A stretch of 17,942 bases of DNA from an uncultured Alcaligenaceae bacterium (GCA_964552815.1 CAZKIQ010000067.1:1-17942); one strand, 5' to 3'; positions 1-7,246 are shown, numbered from the stretch's first letter. A program made the numbers and translations. Notes: a model not told the origin generated them from the letters alone.

Positions 1-555
1 GGAGAACTTGGCGTCGTCCTCGTTGGGCGTCAGCTGGCCATCGCGGAGGAACTTGGCGAGGTCGCGAACTCGTTCCGGGTTCTCCGCCATGTTGTCGGCG
101 ATGTCCTTGACGACGACGCGGAACGCCCGGTTTTGCGCTTCTTCTGCGACGGCCCGGGAGAAGCCGACCGGGTCGTCTGGAACGCGCCGGAACCGCGGAA
201 GGTTGGGGTCGGTCCGCTGCAGATCCCGCAGAGCCCGAAGGTCGCGCTCGGCGGGGACGATGTATTCCGCCGCCCGCTCGGCCACCCGGGCATCGATAAA
301 TTTCGGGTCGAGGAGGTGGGCCGCCAGGTAGTCCGCTTTCCCCTTCTCGATCGCGCGGATGACCGAGGAAAGCGCCGTCTTCGGGTTGTTCTGTGGGAAC
401 GCGTCCGGGCTAACGGTGATGCCGTAGCGGACCGGCGGGACGCCGACCACCGGTTGAGCCGGCGGTTGCGATTGCGCCATCATCGACGCCCCGGCCAGCA
501 CAACCAGCGATAGAATCTTCCGCGACAGGAACTTCCGCATCAGAATCTTCCGCAT
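1..555 (-). CDS. Secreted hypothetical protein with N-terminal signal peptide. The 3' end of the gene lies beyond the window start. Start is ATG at 555, with an alternative ATG at 540.
   Basis: An open frame runs on the minus strand from the ATG at 555 through position 1 with no stop. It is missing from the track because no stop codon lies in the window. Translation begins MRKILMRKFLSRKILSLVVLAGASMMAQSQPP..., which is a positively charged N-terminus, a hydrophobic core and an AxA-like cleavage region. Third codon positions are strongly G/C, as expected for coding sequence in this genome. Confidence 0.5.
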   Translation of the reverse strand, partial: MRKILMRKFLSRKILSLVVLAGASMMAQSQPPAQPVVGVPPVRYGITVSPDAFPQNNPKTALSSVIRAIEKGKADYLAAHLLDPKFIDARVAERAAEYIVPAERDLRALRDLQRTDPNLPRFRRVPDDPVGFSRAVAEEAQNRAFRVVVKDIADNMAENPERVRDLAKFLRDGQLTPNEDDAKFS

Positions 556-559
556 GGTA

Positions 560-600
560 GGACCCGTTTCGAGTTCGCGGTGCAGGGTTCGAGTTCCAAC
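560..600. promoter_or_regulatory. Two direct repeats of TTCGAGTTC, about 21 nt centre to centre, in the divergent intergenic region upstream of aroC. Possible regulator binding site.
   Basis: The sequence reads gtTTCGAGTTCgcggtgcagggTTCGAGTTCcaacc. A spacing of roughly two helical turns is typical of a dimeric regulator operator. The region resembles a tRNA T-loop but does not fold as a tRNA. Confidence 0.2.
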
Positions 601-692
601 CGCCCGACCATACCACTAGGGTAATATCGGCGTCGGGTTACCGGAACTCCCGACCCGAAGAACAATTCTCTCCAACTTGAAGCGGCCCCGGC

Positions 693-1769
693 ATGGCAGG
701 CAACACGTTCGGCAAACTCTTCCGCGTCACCACCGCTGGCGTCAGCCACGGGCCCGGCTACCTCTGCATCATCGACGGCTGCCCCGCCGGACTCGAACTG
801 TCCGTCGAAGATCTCCTACCGGACCTGCAACGCCGCAAACCCGGCCAGTCGAAGCTCACGACCCAGCGCGACGAATCCGACACGCCCGAAATCTGGTCCG
901 GCGTTTTCGAGGGGAAAACCGACGGCACCCCGATCGGAATCTCCTTCCGCAACTCCGACCAACGCAGCGGCGACTACGGCGACATCAAAGACAAGTACCG
1001 CCCCGGCCACGCCGACTACACCTTCGACGCCAAGTTCGGGTTCCGCGATTACCGGGGCGGCGGTCGCAGCAGTGCCCGGGAAACCGTCTGCCGGGTCGCC
1101 GCCGGGGCCGTCGCCAAGAAACTCCTCGCCCGGGAAGGGATCCGCGTTCTCGGATATGTCACGCGGGTCGGATCGGTTGCCGCGGAGATTCCGGATCCGA
1201 CGGCCGTGACGATCGAACAGGTCGAAGCGACGCCAGTCCGCTGCCCCGACCCCGGCAGAGCCGCCGAGATGATCGCCCACATCGACGAGGTGCGGAAGAA
1301 TTGCGACTCGATCGGGGGAATCTGCGAACTCGTCGCGGTCGGGGTTCCGCCGGGGCTCGGGGAACCGATCTTCGACAAGCTCAAGGCGGATCTTGGGAAG
1401 GCATTGCTGAGCCTGCCGGCCGTCCTCGGTTTCGAGTACGGAGCGGGCTTCGCCGTCGCCGGGATGCGAGGAAGCGACGCCAACGACGTCTACGAGCCCG
1501 GCTTTCGCACCGCCAGCAACCGGCACGGCGGGATGCTCGGTGGAATCTCGTCCGGGATGCCGATCGTGTGCCGGGTCGCGATCAAACCCACGAGTTCGAT
1601 TCCGCGTTCGCAGAAAACCATCACCCGCACCGGCGAAGCGACAGAAATCCTCGTCCGCGGCCGGCACGACCCCTGCCTCCTCCCCCGCTTCGTGCCAATG
1701 GGGGAAGCGATGGTCGCCCTCGTCCTCGTCGACCACCTCCTCCGAGCAAAATCCTCGCGATTGGGGTAA
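693..1769 (+). CDS. aroC: Chorismate synthase
   Basis: The 358-aa ORF starts MAGNTFGKLFRVTTAGVSHGPG...DGCPAGL and continues GDYGDIKDKYRPGHADYT...RGGGRSSARETV...GGMLGGISSGMPI...RGRHDPC. These are the canonical chorismate synthase signature blocks. ATG start and TAA stop. Confidence 0.95.
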   Translation: MAGNTFGKLFRVTTAGVSHGPGYLCIIDGCPAGLELSVEDLLPDLQRRKPGQSKLTTQRDESDTPEIWSGVFEGKTDGTPIGISFRNSDQRSGDYGDIKDKYRPGHADYTFDAKFGFRDYRGGGRSSARETVCRVAAGAVAKKLLAREGIRVLGYVTRVGSVAAEIPDPTAVTIEQVEATPVRCPDPGRAAEMIAHIDEVRKNCDSIGGICELVAVGVPPGLGEPIFDKLKADLGKALLSLPAVLGFEYGAGFAVAGMRGSDANDVYEPGFRTASNRHGGMLGGISSGMPIVCRVAIKPTSSIPRSQKTITRTGEATEILVRGRHDPCLLPRFVPMGEAMVALVLVDHLLRAKSSRLG

Positions 1770-1780
1770 TTCCGACCTCC

Positions 1781-3052
1781 TCATCGCGGGCTGGGGGTGG
1801 CGGAAGGTTCGGATCGGGGAAGGTACCAACGTGGCGGGTTCTGCGGGTCGACCTCGGCCACGGGCACCCCGGAAGCTCGCAACCCCGCTCCGATCGGGCT
1901 CGCCGGCCGGGTACTGACGACGAGCCGGGCCGTCCGCGTGGCCCCAAATCGGACGGAATTCGGCGCCACCGGCGGAACCACCGGGCTTCCCGCGATGTCC
2001 GCCAGCGACGCGAACGCCTGCCGTACGAAACTCGGCGACGCCCGCGAACTGTGGACTTCCGCCGGTTCCCCGGGCACGACCAGCGTTAGATCCCCCGGCT
2101 CGTCCGCCGTCGCCCACGCCCAGCCGATGCTCACCGTCACCGCCAGCGCCCACTCCAACCGACCGAGATGCTCGCTCGAAACCTCCCCCACAGTCGGCAC
2201 CCAGGGGTCGAGAATCACCACGAGGTTGAGCGGATCCGTCTGGTCGTATTCCCGCACCACGAGTTGGTTGCGGCGGGCCGTCGACTTCCAGTGGATGTCA
2301 CGGGGGCTGTCGCCGAACCGATACGGCCGGACCCCGCGAACATCACCGAGGCCGGGCGTCGGTCGCCGGGACGGTCGGCGATTCCGGCCCTCCCCGCCGC
2401 CCACCCGGATGAGCCAGCGTCGGAGGGATTCCACCCCGACCATCCCAACCGCCGGCAACACCCGCAGGTCCGTGGCCGGTTGCAACGTTCGGGACCACCC
2501 CACCAGCCCGAACGGATACTCCGAACCGACCGTCAGCGGCCCGATTGTGTACCGTCCCCGTTTCGGAAACGACCACGTCACGCGAAGCACCGCCGATTCC
2601 CCGGGCAATAGCGGAGCCAGAAACCACTCCCCCCGCTGACCCGCCGCCGTGTCCGCAATCTTGACCGTCGCCGCCCGCCGGGTCGAGTTCTCCACCTCGA
2701 CCCCGTGGACCACCTCTTCCCCGGCAAAAACCGATGGCGATTCCCGTCGCCGGCCGGTGACACGTCGGATCATCCGCCAGGAGAGGAACCCGTTGACCAC
2801 CACCAACGCGATCATCAGATACCCGAGGAGCAGCAACAGATTGATCGTCTTCGACCACCCGATCGCCGCCATGACAACGGCGACGGGCAGCCAGTGGGCG
2901 AGCGGTTTTCCCGCCCGAAACCGCGGCTTCTCCACCGTGGTCAGCGATGGCTCCTGCTGCATTCCGAACCCCGAAGACGAGGACTGGACCAAGGAACCCG
3001 CCGAAGCCCATCCTATTTCCGAACCGGCGTTGTGCCAGTTTCCCTGCGGCAA
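1781..3052 (-). CDS. DUF58 domain protein (MoxR-associated family; two N-terminal TM helices). The start may be the internal ATG near 2962 (MQQEPSL...).
   Basis: The translation contains a two-TM N-terminus (LPVAVVMAAIGW and INLLLLLGYLMIALVVVNGFL). It then has VFAGEEV..VEN.S and the conserved GDSPRDIHWKSTAR motif typical of DUF58. It is convergent with aroC with an 11-nt gap. Confidence 0.8.
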   Translation of the reverse strand: MPQGNWHNAGSEIGWASAGSLVQSSSSGFGMQQEPSLTTVEKPRFRAGKPLAHWLPVAVVMAAIGWSKTINLLLLLGYLMIALVVVNGFLSWRMIRRVTGRRRESPSVFAGEEVVHGVEVENSTRRAATVKIADTAAGQRGEWFLAPLLPGESAVLRVTWSFPKRGRYTIGPLTVGSEYPFGLVGWSRTLQPATDLRVLPAVGMVGVESLRRWLIRVGGGEGRNRRPSRRPTPGLGDVRGVRPYRFGDSPRDIHWKSTARRNQLVVREYDQTDPLNLVVILDPWVPTVGEVSSEHLGRLEWALAVTVSIGWAWATADEPGDLTLVVPGEPAEVHSSRASPSFVRQAFASLADIAGSPVVPPVAPNSVRFGATRTARLVVSTRPASPIGAGLRASGVPVAEVDPQNPPRWYLPRSEPSATPSPR

Positions 3053-3118
3053 CGCTCCGTTACAGCGCGGTGACAGTGTTCACGCTAGTCTCACAGAAAC
3101 CCTGTTTGGAGACCTCTC

Positions 3119-3652
3119 ATGATCCGCCATGCAACCATCTGCCTCGCCCTTCTGGCCAGTGCGACCGCGGCGAGTTCCACCGCGGTCGCAGACGATGAGA
3201 TCACCCCGGTCCGGCTCCGCCTCACCGTGAGTGCGGAAGAGTATGACCCCATCGCCGGGGGAGCCGGGAAGCTGATTGTCACCTGCCAGAACCGACTGGA
3301 CGAGCCCGTTACCATCCAGCTTGGGCTGCACGCCAACGGCCACCATTGCGGAATCGATCCGGCGAAGACGGCGAAGATCACCATCCCGGCGAAGAAAACC
3401 CTCACGGTTTTTGAAGCGACGTTGGACGAACTCTTCTACGAAGGCTCCGAAGCCAATGACGCAACACCAAGGAAATACGGCTGGAGCTGGTTCCGGCGGT
3501 CCTCCCCGCCTGGCCCACTCCGGAAACAGGGCACACGGGAATTTGTCAAGGAAGTCCGGATCCATGCCGAGGCCACGGTCAAAACGGGAAGTCAAGTCTG
3601 GCAGTCCGAGCTCATTCCCGTGTGGATCAAACCTTCTCTCCCGAAAAAGTGA
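3119..3652 (+). CDS. Secreted hypothetical protein (signal peptide MIRHATICLALLASATAASSTAVA)
   Basis: The 177-aa ORF has a clear Sec signal peptide and AxA cleavage site. It is divergent from the DUF58 gene. I recognise no domain. Confidence 0.55.
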   Translation: MIRHATICLALLASATAASSTAVADDEITPVRLRLTVSAEEYDPIAGGAGKLIVTCQNRLDEPVTIQLGLHANGHHCGIDPAKTAKITIPAKKTLTVFEATLDELFYEGSEANDATPRKYGWSWFRRSSPPGPLRKQGTREFVKEVRIHAEATVKTGSQVWQSELIPVWIKPSLPKK

Positions 3653-3667
3653 TGGGATAAGGTGCCG

Positions 3668-3838
3668 TCACTGCGCGGCGATTTCGATGGCGCTATGCAG
3701 TTCGACGACCGTGCCGCGGCCCACTGCATAGCGGAAGTTGGTTCCGAGGGTGGCCCACCGCTGGGCCGCGTCCACGGCCACGCACCCGACGCTGGCGGTC
3801 AGCGCCAGGGCGACGACCCAGAGCAGCGACCGCCTCAC
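3668..3838 (-). CDS. Possible small exported or lipoprotein-like ORF of about 56 aa with a GTG start. It is not in the track because it is under 60 aa.
   Basis: Minus-strand translation gives VRRSLLWVVALALTASVGCVAVDAAQRWATLGTNFRYAVGRGTVVELHSAIEIAAQ*. It has a signal-like N-terminus with a Cys after the hydrophobic stretch. It is convergent with the 3119-3652 gene. Confidence 0.2.
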   Translation of the reverse strand: MRRSLLWVVALALTASVGCVAVDAAQRWATLGTNFRYAVGRGTVVELHSAIEIAAQ

Positions 3839-4643
3839 GCCGACCCCCTCCGCTGCCGACTATGAGTGTTGGTGTCAAGTCTCCTCAATCATAATCCCTG
3901 CGGCGCGGACCGTCCACGCCGCGGGGGGTGACGCGTTGCCGTTCTTCCGAGCATGGTTTTGCCGACGTCGCTCGCTCACCCTGAGTCAGAGCGGCGGCGG
4001 CAAAACCATGCTGGCTTTCCCTCGCCTCGCGGCCATCAGACGCCAGGCATTTCGTCAGGTGAATCGGGTCGGCGGCGTGTCTCGGGTTCAGCCGCACGAC
4101 CCCAAGTTCGACGTGCGGACCGCCCTGTACCTGGCGACCGGCGTCGACCTCACGGCGGTCGAGGGGATCGACGCGGTCCACGCCCTGACGCTGGTCAGCG
4201 AACTCGGGTGCGACATGACGAAGTGGCCGACGGTCGGCCAGTTCGCGAGTTGGTTGGGGCTGTGCCCGCAGTTCAAGAAGACGGGCGGGAAGGTGCAGTC
4301 GAGCCGGACGCGCAAAGGGAAAGGGCGGGCGGCCCAGGCGTTCCGATTGGCGGCGTGGGGGTTGATGCGGAGCAAGAGTTATCTGGGTGCGTACCTGCGT
4401 CGGCAGCGGAGTCGGTTGGGTGCCCCGAAGGCGATCACGGCAACGGCCCACAAGCTGGCGCGGATCGTGTACCACCTGATGCGGTACGGCGAGGCGTATG
4501 TCAAGAAGGACGAGGAAGCGTATGCCGAGCAGGTGCGGGAGCGGTTGGAGAAGCAGTTGCGTCGGCGAGCGAAAGAGTTGGGGTTCGAGGTGGTGAGGGT
4601 GTCGGCGGAGCCGGACCCGAGTGACACCCCATTGTCAGCGTGA
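3738..4643 (+). pseudogene. 5'-truncated IS110-family transposase. Only the C-terminal Transposase_20-type domain is present, with homology starting near 4090. The N-terminal DEDD catalytic domain is absent.
   Basis: The C-terminal 180 aa read LYLATGVDLTAVEGIDAVHALTLVSELGCDMTKWPTVGQFASWLGLCPQFKKTGGKVQSSRTRKGKGRAAQAFRLAAWGLMRSKSYLGAYLRRQRSRLGAPKAITATAHKLARIVYHLM. This matches the conserved IS110/IS116/IS902 C-terminal domain pattern (L..PG.G...A..L.AE.GD..RF.....A.Y.GL.P...SG......G.I.K.G...LR..L..AA...A.AHKLARI.Y.L). The upstream 100 aa have no DEDD-domain features such as a VGIDVSK-like motif. Confidence 0.7.
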
Positions 4644-4849
4644 CGGCGGTCGGGTTCGGGCCACAACCACAAGGCGGGCGATCCCCGCACCGAGTCCCGC
4701 GGCTCGCGTTCCCGGATGCGAGTATGCCGAAGGACCGCGCCGGTCGTCATCCCGAGGAGCGAAGCTCAAGGGAGCGGGCGATCATCCGCCACCGTCACCC
4801 GAGGAAGTTCCTGGGGCTGGGGCGGCGTCTTGGGTCGTAGGCGTCGGGG
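3944..4849 (+). mobile_element. Remnant of an IS110-family insertion sequence. Boundaries are uncertain. The non-coding 3' flank at 4644-4849 is included.
   Basis: A truncated transposase is followed by about 200 nt of non-coding sequence containing short GC-rich hairpins (gcgggcgatccccgc). The remnant sits at the distal end of the cassette-like array, next to cassette B, whose own attC is not recognisable. Confidence 0.35.
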
Positions 4850-5242
4850 TCATTCCCCGCGGACCAGCAGCCCCTCCGTCCGCCGCCCGTCGGACGTCTC
4901 AAGGACCACGGTGAGGAAGTCGATGCCCGGGCGGGTCTGCTCCTCCCAGTAGACCGTGCCCGCGGCGTCTCGCAGCCGGACGGTGCATGACCCGTGGGGA
5001 CCGGGGTGGTAGTACAGGAACCCCGCCAGCCGCCGGCGGTACGGCCCAGGCAGGTCCGGCGGGTGCTTGACCCGCCAACTGCCCTCGAGGTCCTCGCGGC
5101 AGAGTTCCTCTAGAGTTAGGGTCGGCACCGGCTCGGACTCCGGAGGTCGGGCCTGATCCCGCGGCCACAGCAGGTACGAAATCGCGACCGCCGCAACTGC
5201 CGCGAGCCCCACCAGCCACCACTGCCGACGGAACAATCGCAA
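4850..5242 (-). CDS. Cassette B: small membrane-anchored hypothetical protein of 130 aa, with an N-terminal TM helix and a TTG or GTG start.
   Basis: Translation begins (M)RLFRRQWWLVGLAAVAAVAISYLLW, giving a signal-anchor followed by a soluble domain of about 100 aa with two Cys. The SD-like GGAGGG lies 7-8 nt upstream of the TTG start. GTTCGGC lies about 15 nt upstream of the start, matching the pattern of the other cassettes. Confidence 0.5.
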   Translation of the reverse strand: MRLFRRQWWLVGLAAVAAVAISYLLWPRDQARPPESEPVPTLTLEELCREDLEGSWRVKHPPDLPGPYRRRLAGFLYYHPGPHGSCTVRLRDAAGTVYWEEQTRPGIDFLTVVLETSDGRRTEGLLVRGE

Positions 5243-5257
5243 CCCACGCCCTCCGCC

Positions 5258-5353
5258 GCCGAACGATCGTGCTCACTTGCCGGGGCCGCTGCAAGACTTC
5301 ATACCGCGCGAAACCGTGATGCGGCCCCGGTCAAGTGCAGCACATGGTTAGCG
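5258..5353 (-). repeat. attC-like imperfect palindromic site number 1, of about 96 nt. Read in the gene direction it runs from R'' CGCTAAC to R' GTTCGGC. It sits between cassettes C and B.
   Basis: On the plus strand the arm gccgaacgatcgtgctcacttgccggggccgctgc pairs with gcggccccggtcaagtgcagcacatggttagcgg. Pairing is imperfect, with indels. The element is homologous to the elements at 5831-5928 and 6555-6652. Confidence 0.55.
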
Positions 5354-5376
5354 GTTGGCCCCGCGCGAGGCCGGCA

Positions 5377-5817
5377 TCACAAGCTGGTCCAGATGAGTAG
5401 CGTCTTTTTCTCAAGCTGCGCTGACTCGGCGGTGTCGCCGATGCTGCGCAACAAGTCGAGAACTTCAGATGCGTCCCATCCCTCCAATTCCTCAGTCGCG
5501 CCCCAGCGATCTGCAAGTGATTCGTGCTCGTCTTCTTCCATGCTTGCGATTGAGGCTAGTGCCCCCAGCATTTTTAGTGGAACGATGTCAACCCATGGGC
5601 CTTGATCGCCTTCTGGGATGGTCCGTATCTCGTCGAGCCGTTGTTCGAGTGTGTCTTCCGCCGAGCCAGCCTCAACCAAGGCCCACAGGGTTGCGAGCTT
5701 GATGCGATCCAGCCCACGGTAGAAGAAGCCGTCCCAGGTCTGCGAAGGCTCGTCGGACGCTGCGACTGCGTCAGCTTCCGAGGCATCGGCAACGAGTAAG
5801 TGGTTGAGAACGCCCAT
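5377..5817 (-). CDS. Cassette C: acidic hypothetical protein of 146 aa.
   Basis: ATG start and TGA stop. Translation begins MGVLNHLLVADASEADAVAASDEPSQTWDGFFYRGL.... The protein is strongly acidic, which is typical of immunity-type or antitoxin-type proteins. I recognise no family. Confidence 0.55.
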   Translation of the reverse strand: MGVLNHLLVADASEADAVAASDEPSQTWDGFFYRGLDRIKLATLWALVEAGSAEDTLEQRLDEIRTIPEGDQGPWVDIVPLKMLGALASIASMEEDEHESLADRWGATEELEGWDASEVLDLLRSIGDTAESAQLEKKTLLIWTSL

Positions 5818-5830
5818 GCGAGAACTCTGC

Positions 5831-5928
5831 CGCTAACGCACAAGCTCACCTGCCGGCGGGGCATAGGTGGGCTCCACGTCCCAGAAACCAATGATGCCCC
5901 GCCGGTCAGGTGCAGCGACTGGTTAGCT
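5831..5928 (-). repeat. attC-like imperfect palindromic site number 2, of about 98 nt. Read in the gene direction it runs from R'' AGCTAAC, which overlaps the TAA stop of cassette D, to R' GTTAGCG.
   Basis: On the plus strand the arm cgctaacgcacaagctcacctgccggcggggcat pairs with atgccccgccggtcaggtgcagcgactggttagctg. The central loop is about 27 nt. Confidence 0.55.
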
Positions 5929-6537
5929 GCGGCCGAACACGTCTAACAGGAACTCCCTGCACGAATCGTACAACGGTTGCACCAACGGAGCCAACGCCTC
6001 CCGCCGCCGACAGTTATCCGGACCGAGCGGAATGAGCGATTCGTGATCCATCCACACAACAGGACATTCGCCGTCGGCTCGCCTCTGAACGGCGTCGAAG
6101 CACATCGGCCCCCATCCATCGCCCCATTGTGCCAACGGAACGAAGCCCGCATCGATTAGCGGCCGCCATGCCTTCATTAACTCTCGGAGCGGTTTCAGCG
6201 GCTTCCCTGCCGGCGTGTCCGTCATGAAGATCTGTTGATCATAACGCCGACTCCGCACCTGATCGAACAATTGGAAACGAGCGAGCAAGTACGCCCGAAA
6301 CACCGGCGGGAACTGCACGCCGAACTCGCCTTCGATGACACTCACGTCAGAGTCTTTGAGAGTCGAAGGCAGGACTCGCCATGCAACCCAACCGTCCGCG
6401 TTGACCTCGCCGACTTGCATTTCCGGCGGGACGCCAGCGTCTGCTGGGTCTTCGGCGGCGACGCCCATCCGCCATGCGTCGGTGGCATATGAGTCAAGGA
6501 GCCGGCCGACAAACGCGCTGTCGTCCGCGACGGCCAT
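5923..6537 (-). CDS. Cassette D: SMI1/KNR4 (SUKH-1) family protein, a putative immunity protein. The track ORF extends to 6684, but that extension reads through the attC-like site and overlaps the upstream gene.
   Basis: The block VSVIEGEFGVQFPPVFRAYLL corresponds to the SUKH-1 N-terminal LG..fP.dY..FL block. The block FVPLAQWGDGWGPMCFDAVQRRADGECPVVWMDHESL corresponds to the pFa.d..GN..cfd......p.VvfWDHE block of SMI1/KNR4 proteins. The SD AGGAGG lies 6 nt upstream of the second ATG (MAVADD...). Confidence 0.7.
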   Translation of the reverse strand: MAVADDSAFVGRLLDSYATDAWRMGVAAEDPADAGVPPEMQVGEVNADGWVAWRVLPSTLKDSDVSVIEGEFGVQFPPVFRAYLLARFQLFDQVRSRRYDQQIFMTDTPAGKPLKPLRELMKAWRPLIDAGFVPLAQWGDGWGPMCFDAVQRRADGECPVVWMDHESLIPLGPDNCRRREALAPLVQPLYDSCREFLLDVFGRS

Positions 6538-6554
6538 CGGCATCCTCCTGTAGC

Positions 6555-6652
6555 GGCTAACGCACAAGCTCACCCGCGGCGGCCGCTGATGAGACGTTGA
6601 ACTCTGAAAAACCGTGATGCGGCCGCCGTCGGCGTGCAGCGACTTGTTCGGC
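6555..6652 (-). repeat. attC-like imperfect palindromic site number 3, of about 98 nt. Read in the gene direction it runs from R'' GCCGAAC, 8 nt after the TAA of cassette E, to R' GTTAGCC.
   Basis: On the plus strand the arm ggctaacgcacaagctcacccgcggcggccgctgat pairs with atcacggtt...gcggccgccgtcggcgtgcagcgacttgttcggc. Confidence 0.55.
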
Positions 6653-6659
6653 GAAGACC

Positions 6660-7229
6660 TTAGGATGGGCTGCGTCGCTGCCAACGGAATCCCTTGACAA
6701 ACAGCCTCGATTCAACCGTCCCATCCCATTCGACGTTGAATCCCTCGCGCTCCAATGAGGCACGCAACATTTTTCCGACCTTCACAGCCTTCGCATCGTT
6801 TCCCGAGCGATGCCCAAAACCGATGTAAAGGCCGCTTCCATCTAACGCTCCTTCTTGGTCCTGCTCTGTATAGAAGCAATGGCCAGCGTAGTCGGATTTT
6901 GTGAGACCGGATTCGTGGAAAGCATCCTCGACTTCCTCTATCCCGTCCGATTGGTCGAACCCGGCCCGGTGTAGAGCGATGATTCCTTGGGCTTCAAGCA
7001 TGGTGAATGCCCGATCAAGGCGATCGAAGTCGGTCACCTTCGGCCAGGTCTCTTCCGCCTTCCGCTTGGCCTCGAATTCGCTTCGGATCACTTCAAGCAG
7101 CCATCTCTTGCCAGCGTCGTCGAGTTCGCCGTAATGGTCCCTGATGTAAAGGGCGACGTCTGCCTCGTCGAACTCTCCGCTCCAGAGGAGGGACCGAACG
7201 CAGCTCAGGATGTCCTCGCGAGTCGCCAT
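6660..7229 (-). CDS. Cassette E: hypothetical protein of about 189 aa. ATG at 7229 is the probable start. The GTG at 7241 given in the track overlaps the SD.
   Basis: Translation begins MATREDILSCVRSLLWSGEFDEADVALYIRDHYGELDD.... It continues GIIALHRAGFDQSDGIEEVEDAF...AGHCFYTEQDQE...LYIGFG. The motif pattern resembles, from memory, a family of uncharacterised actinobacterial DUF proteins. The SD GAGGAG lies about 11 nt upstream of the ATG. Confidence 0.6.
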   Translation of the reverse strand: MATREDILSCVRSLLWSGEFDEADVALYIRDHYGELDDAGKRWLLEVIRSEFEAKRKAEETWPKVTDFDRLDRAFTMLEAQGIIALHRAGFDQSDGIEEVEDAFHESGLTKSDYAGHCFYTEQDQEGALDGSGLYIGFGHRSGNDAKAVKVGKMLRASLEREGFNVEWDGTVESRLFVKGFRWQRRSPS

Positions 7230-7246
7230 CGCCCGCACCACTCCTC

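Noticed and set aside
570-610. T-loop-like ggttcgagttcc, considered as a possible tRNA.
   Set aside because: No complementary T-stem, acceptor stem or anticodon arm can be formed. The motif is instead one copy of a direct repeat, TTCGAGTTC x2.
677-2153. Long ORFs 677-2089 (+, 470 aa) and 816-2153 (-, 445 aa) overlapping aroC and the DUF58 gene.
   Set aside because: Both are Arg/Pro/Gly-rich low-complexity translations, typical of off-frame or antisense reading of high-GC coding DNA. aroC and DUF58 in the other frames have clear family signatures.
3738-4090. The N-terminal third of the 3738-4643 ORF, considered as an intact transposase N-terminus.
   Set aside because: The sequence MVPRVAHRWAASTATHPTLAVSARATT... 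lacks all DEDD-domain hallmarks. The other frames do not contain them either. I therefore treat it as a truncated remnant and not as a full transposase.
5243-6660. CRISPR array, considered as an explanation for the repeated intergenic elements.
   Set aside because: The repeats are about 97 nt, imperfectly conserved (about 75-85% identity) and separated by 440-620-nt protein-coding genes with SD sequences. This does not fit 25-40-nt exact repeats with short spacers.
4850-7241. A polymorphic-toxin locus, with orphan C-terminal toxin fragments preceding each immunity gene, as an explanation for the array.
   Set aside because: No toxin-like ORF or C-terminal remnant is present upstream of any of the four genes. 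The repeats are non-coding palindromes rather than homologous coding 3' ends.
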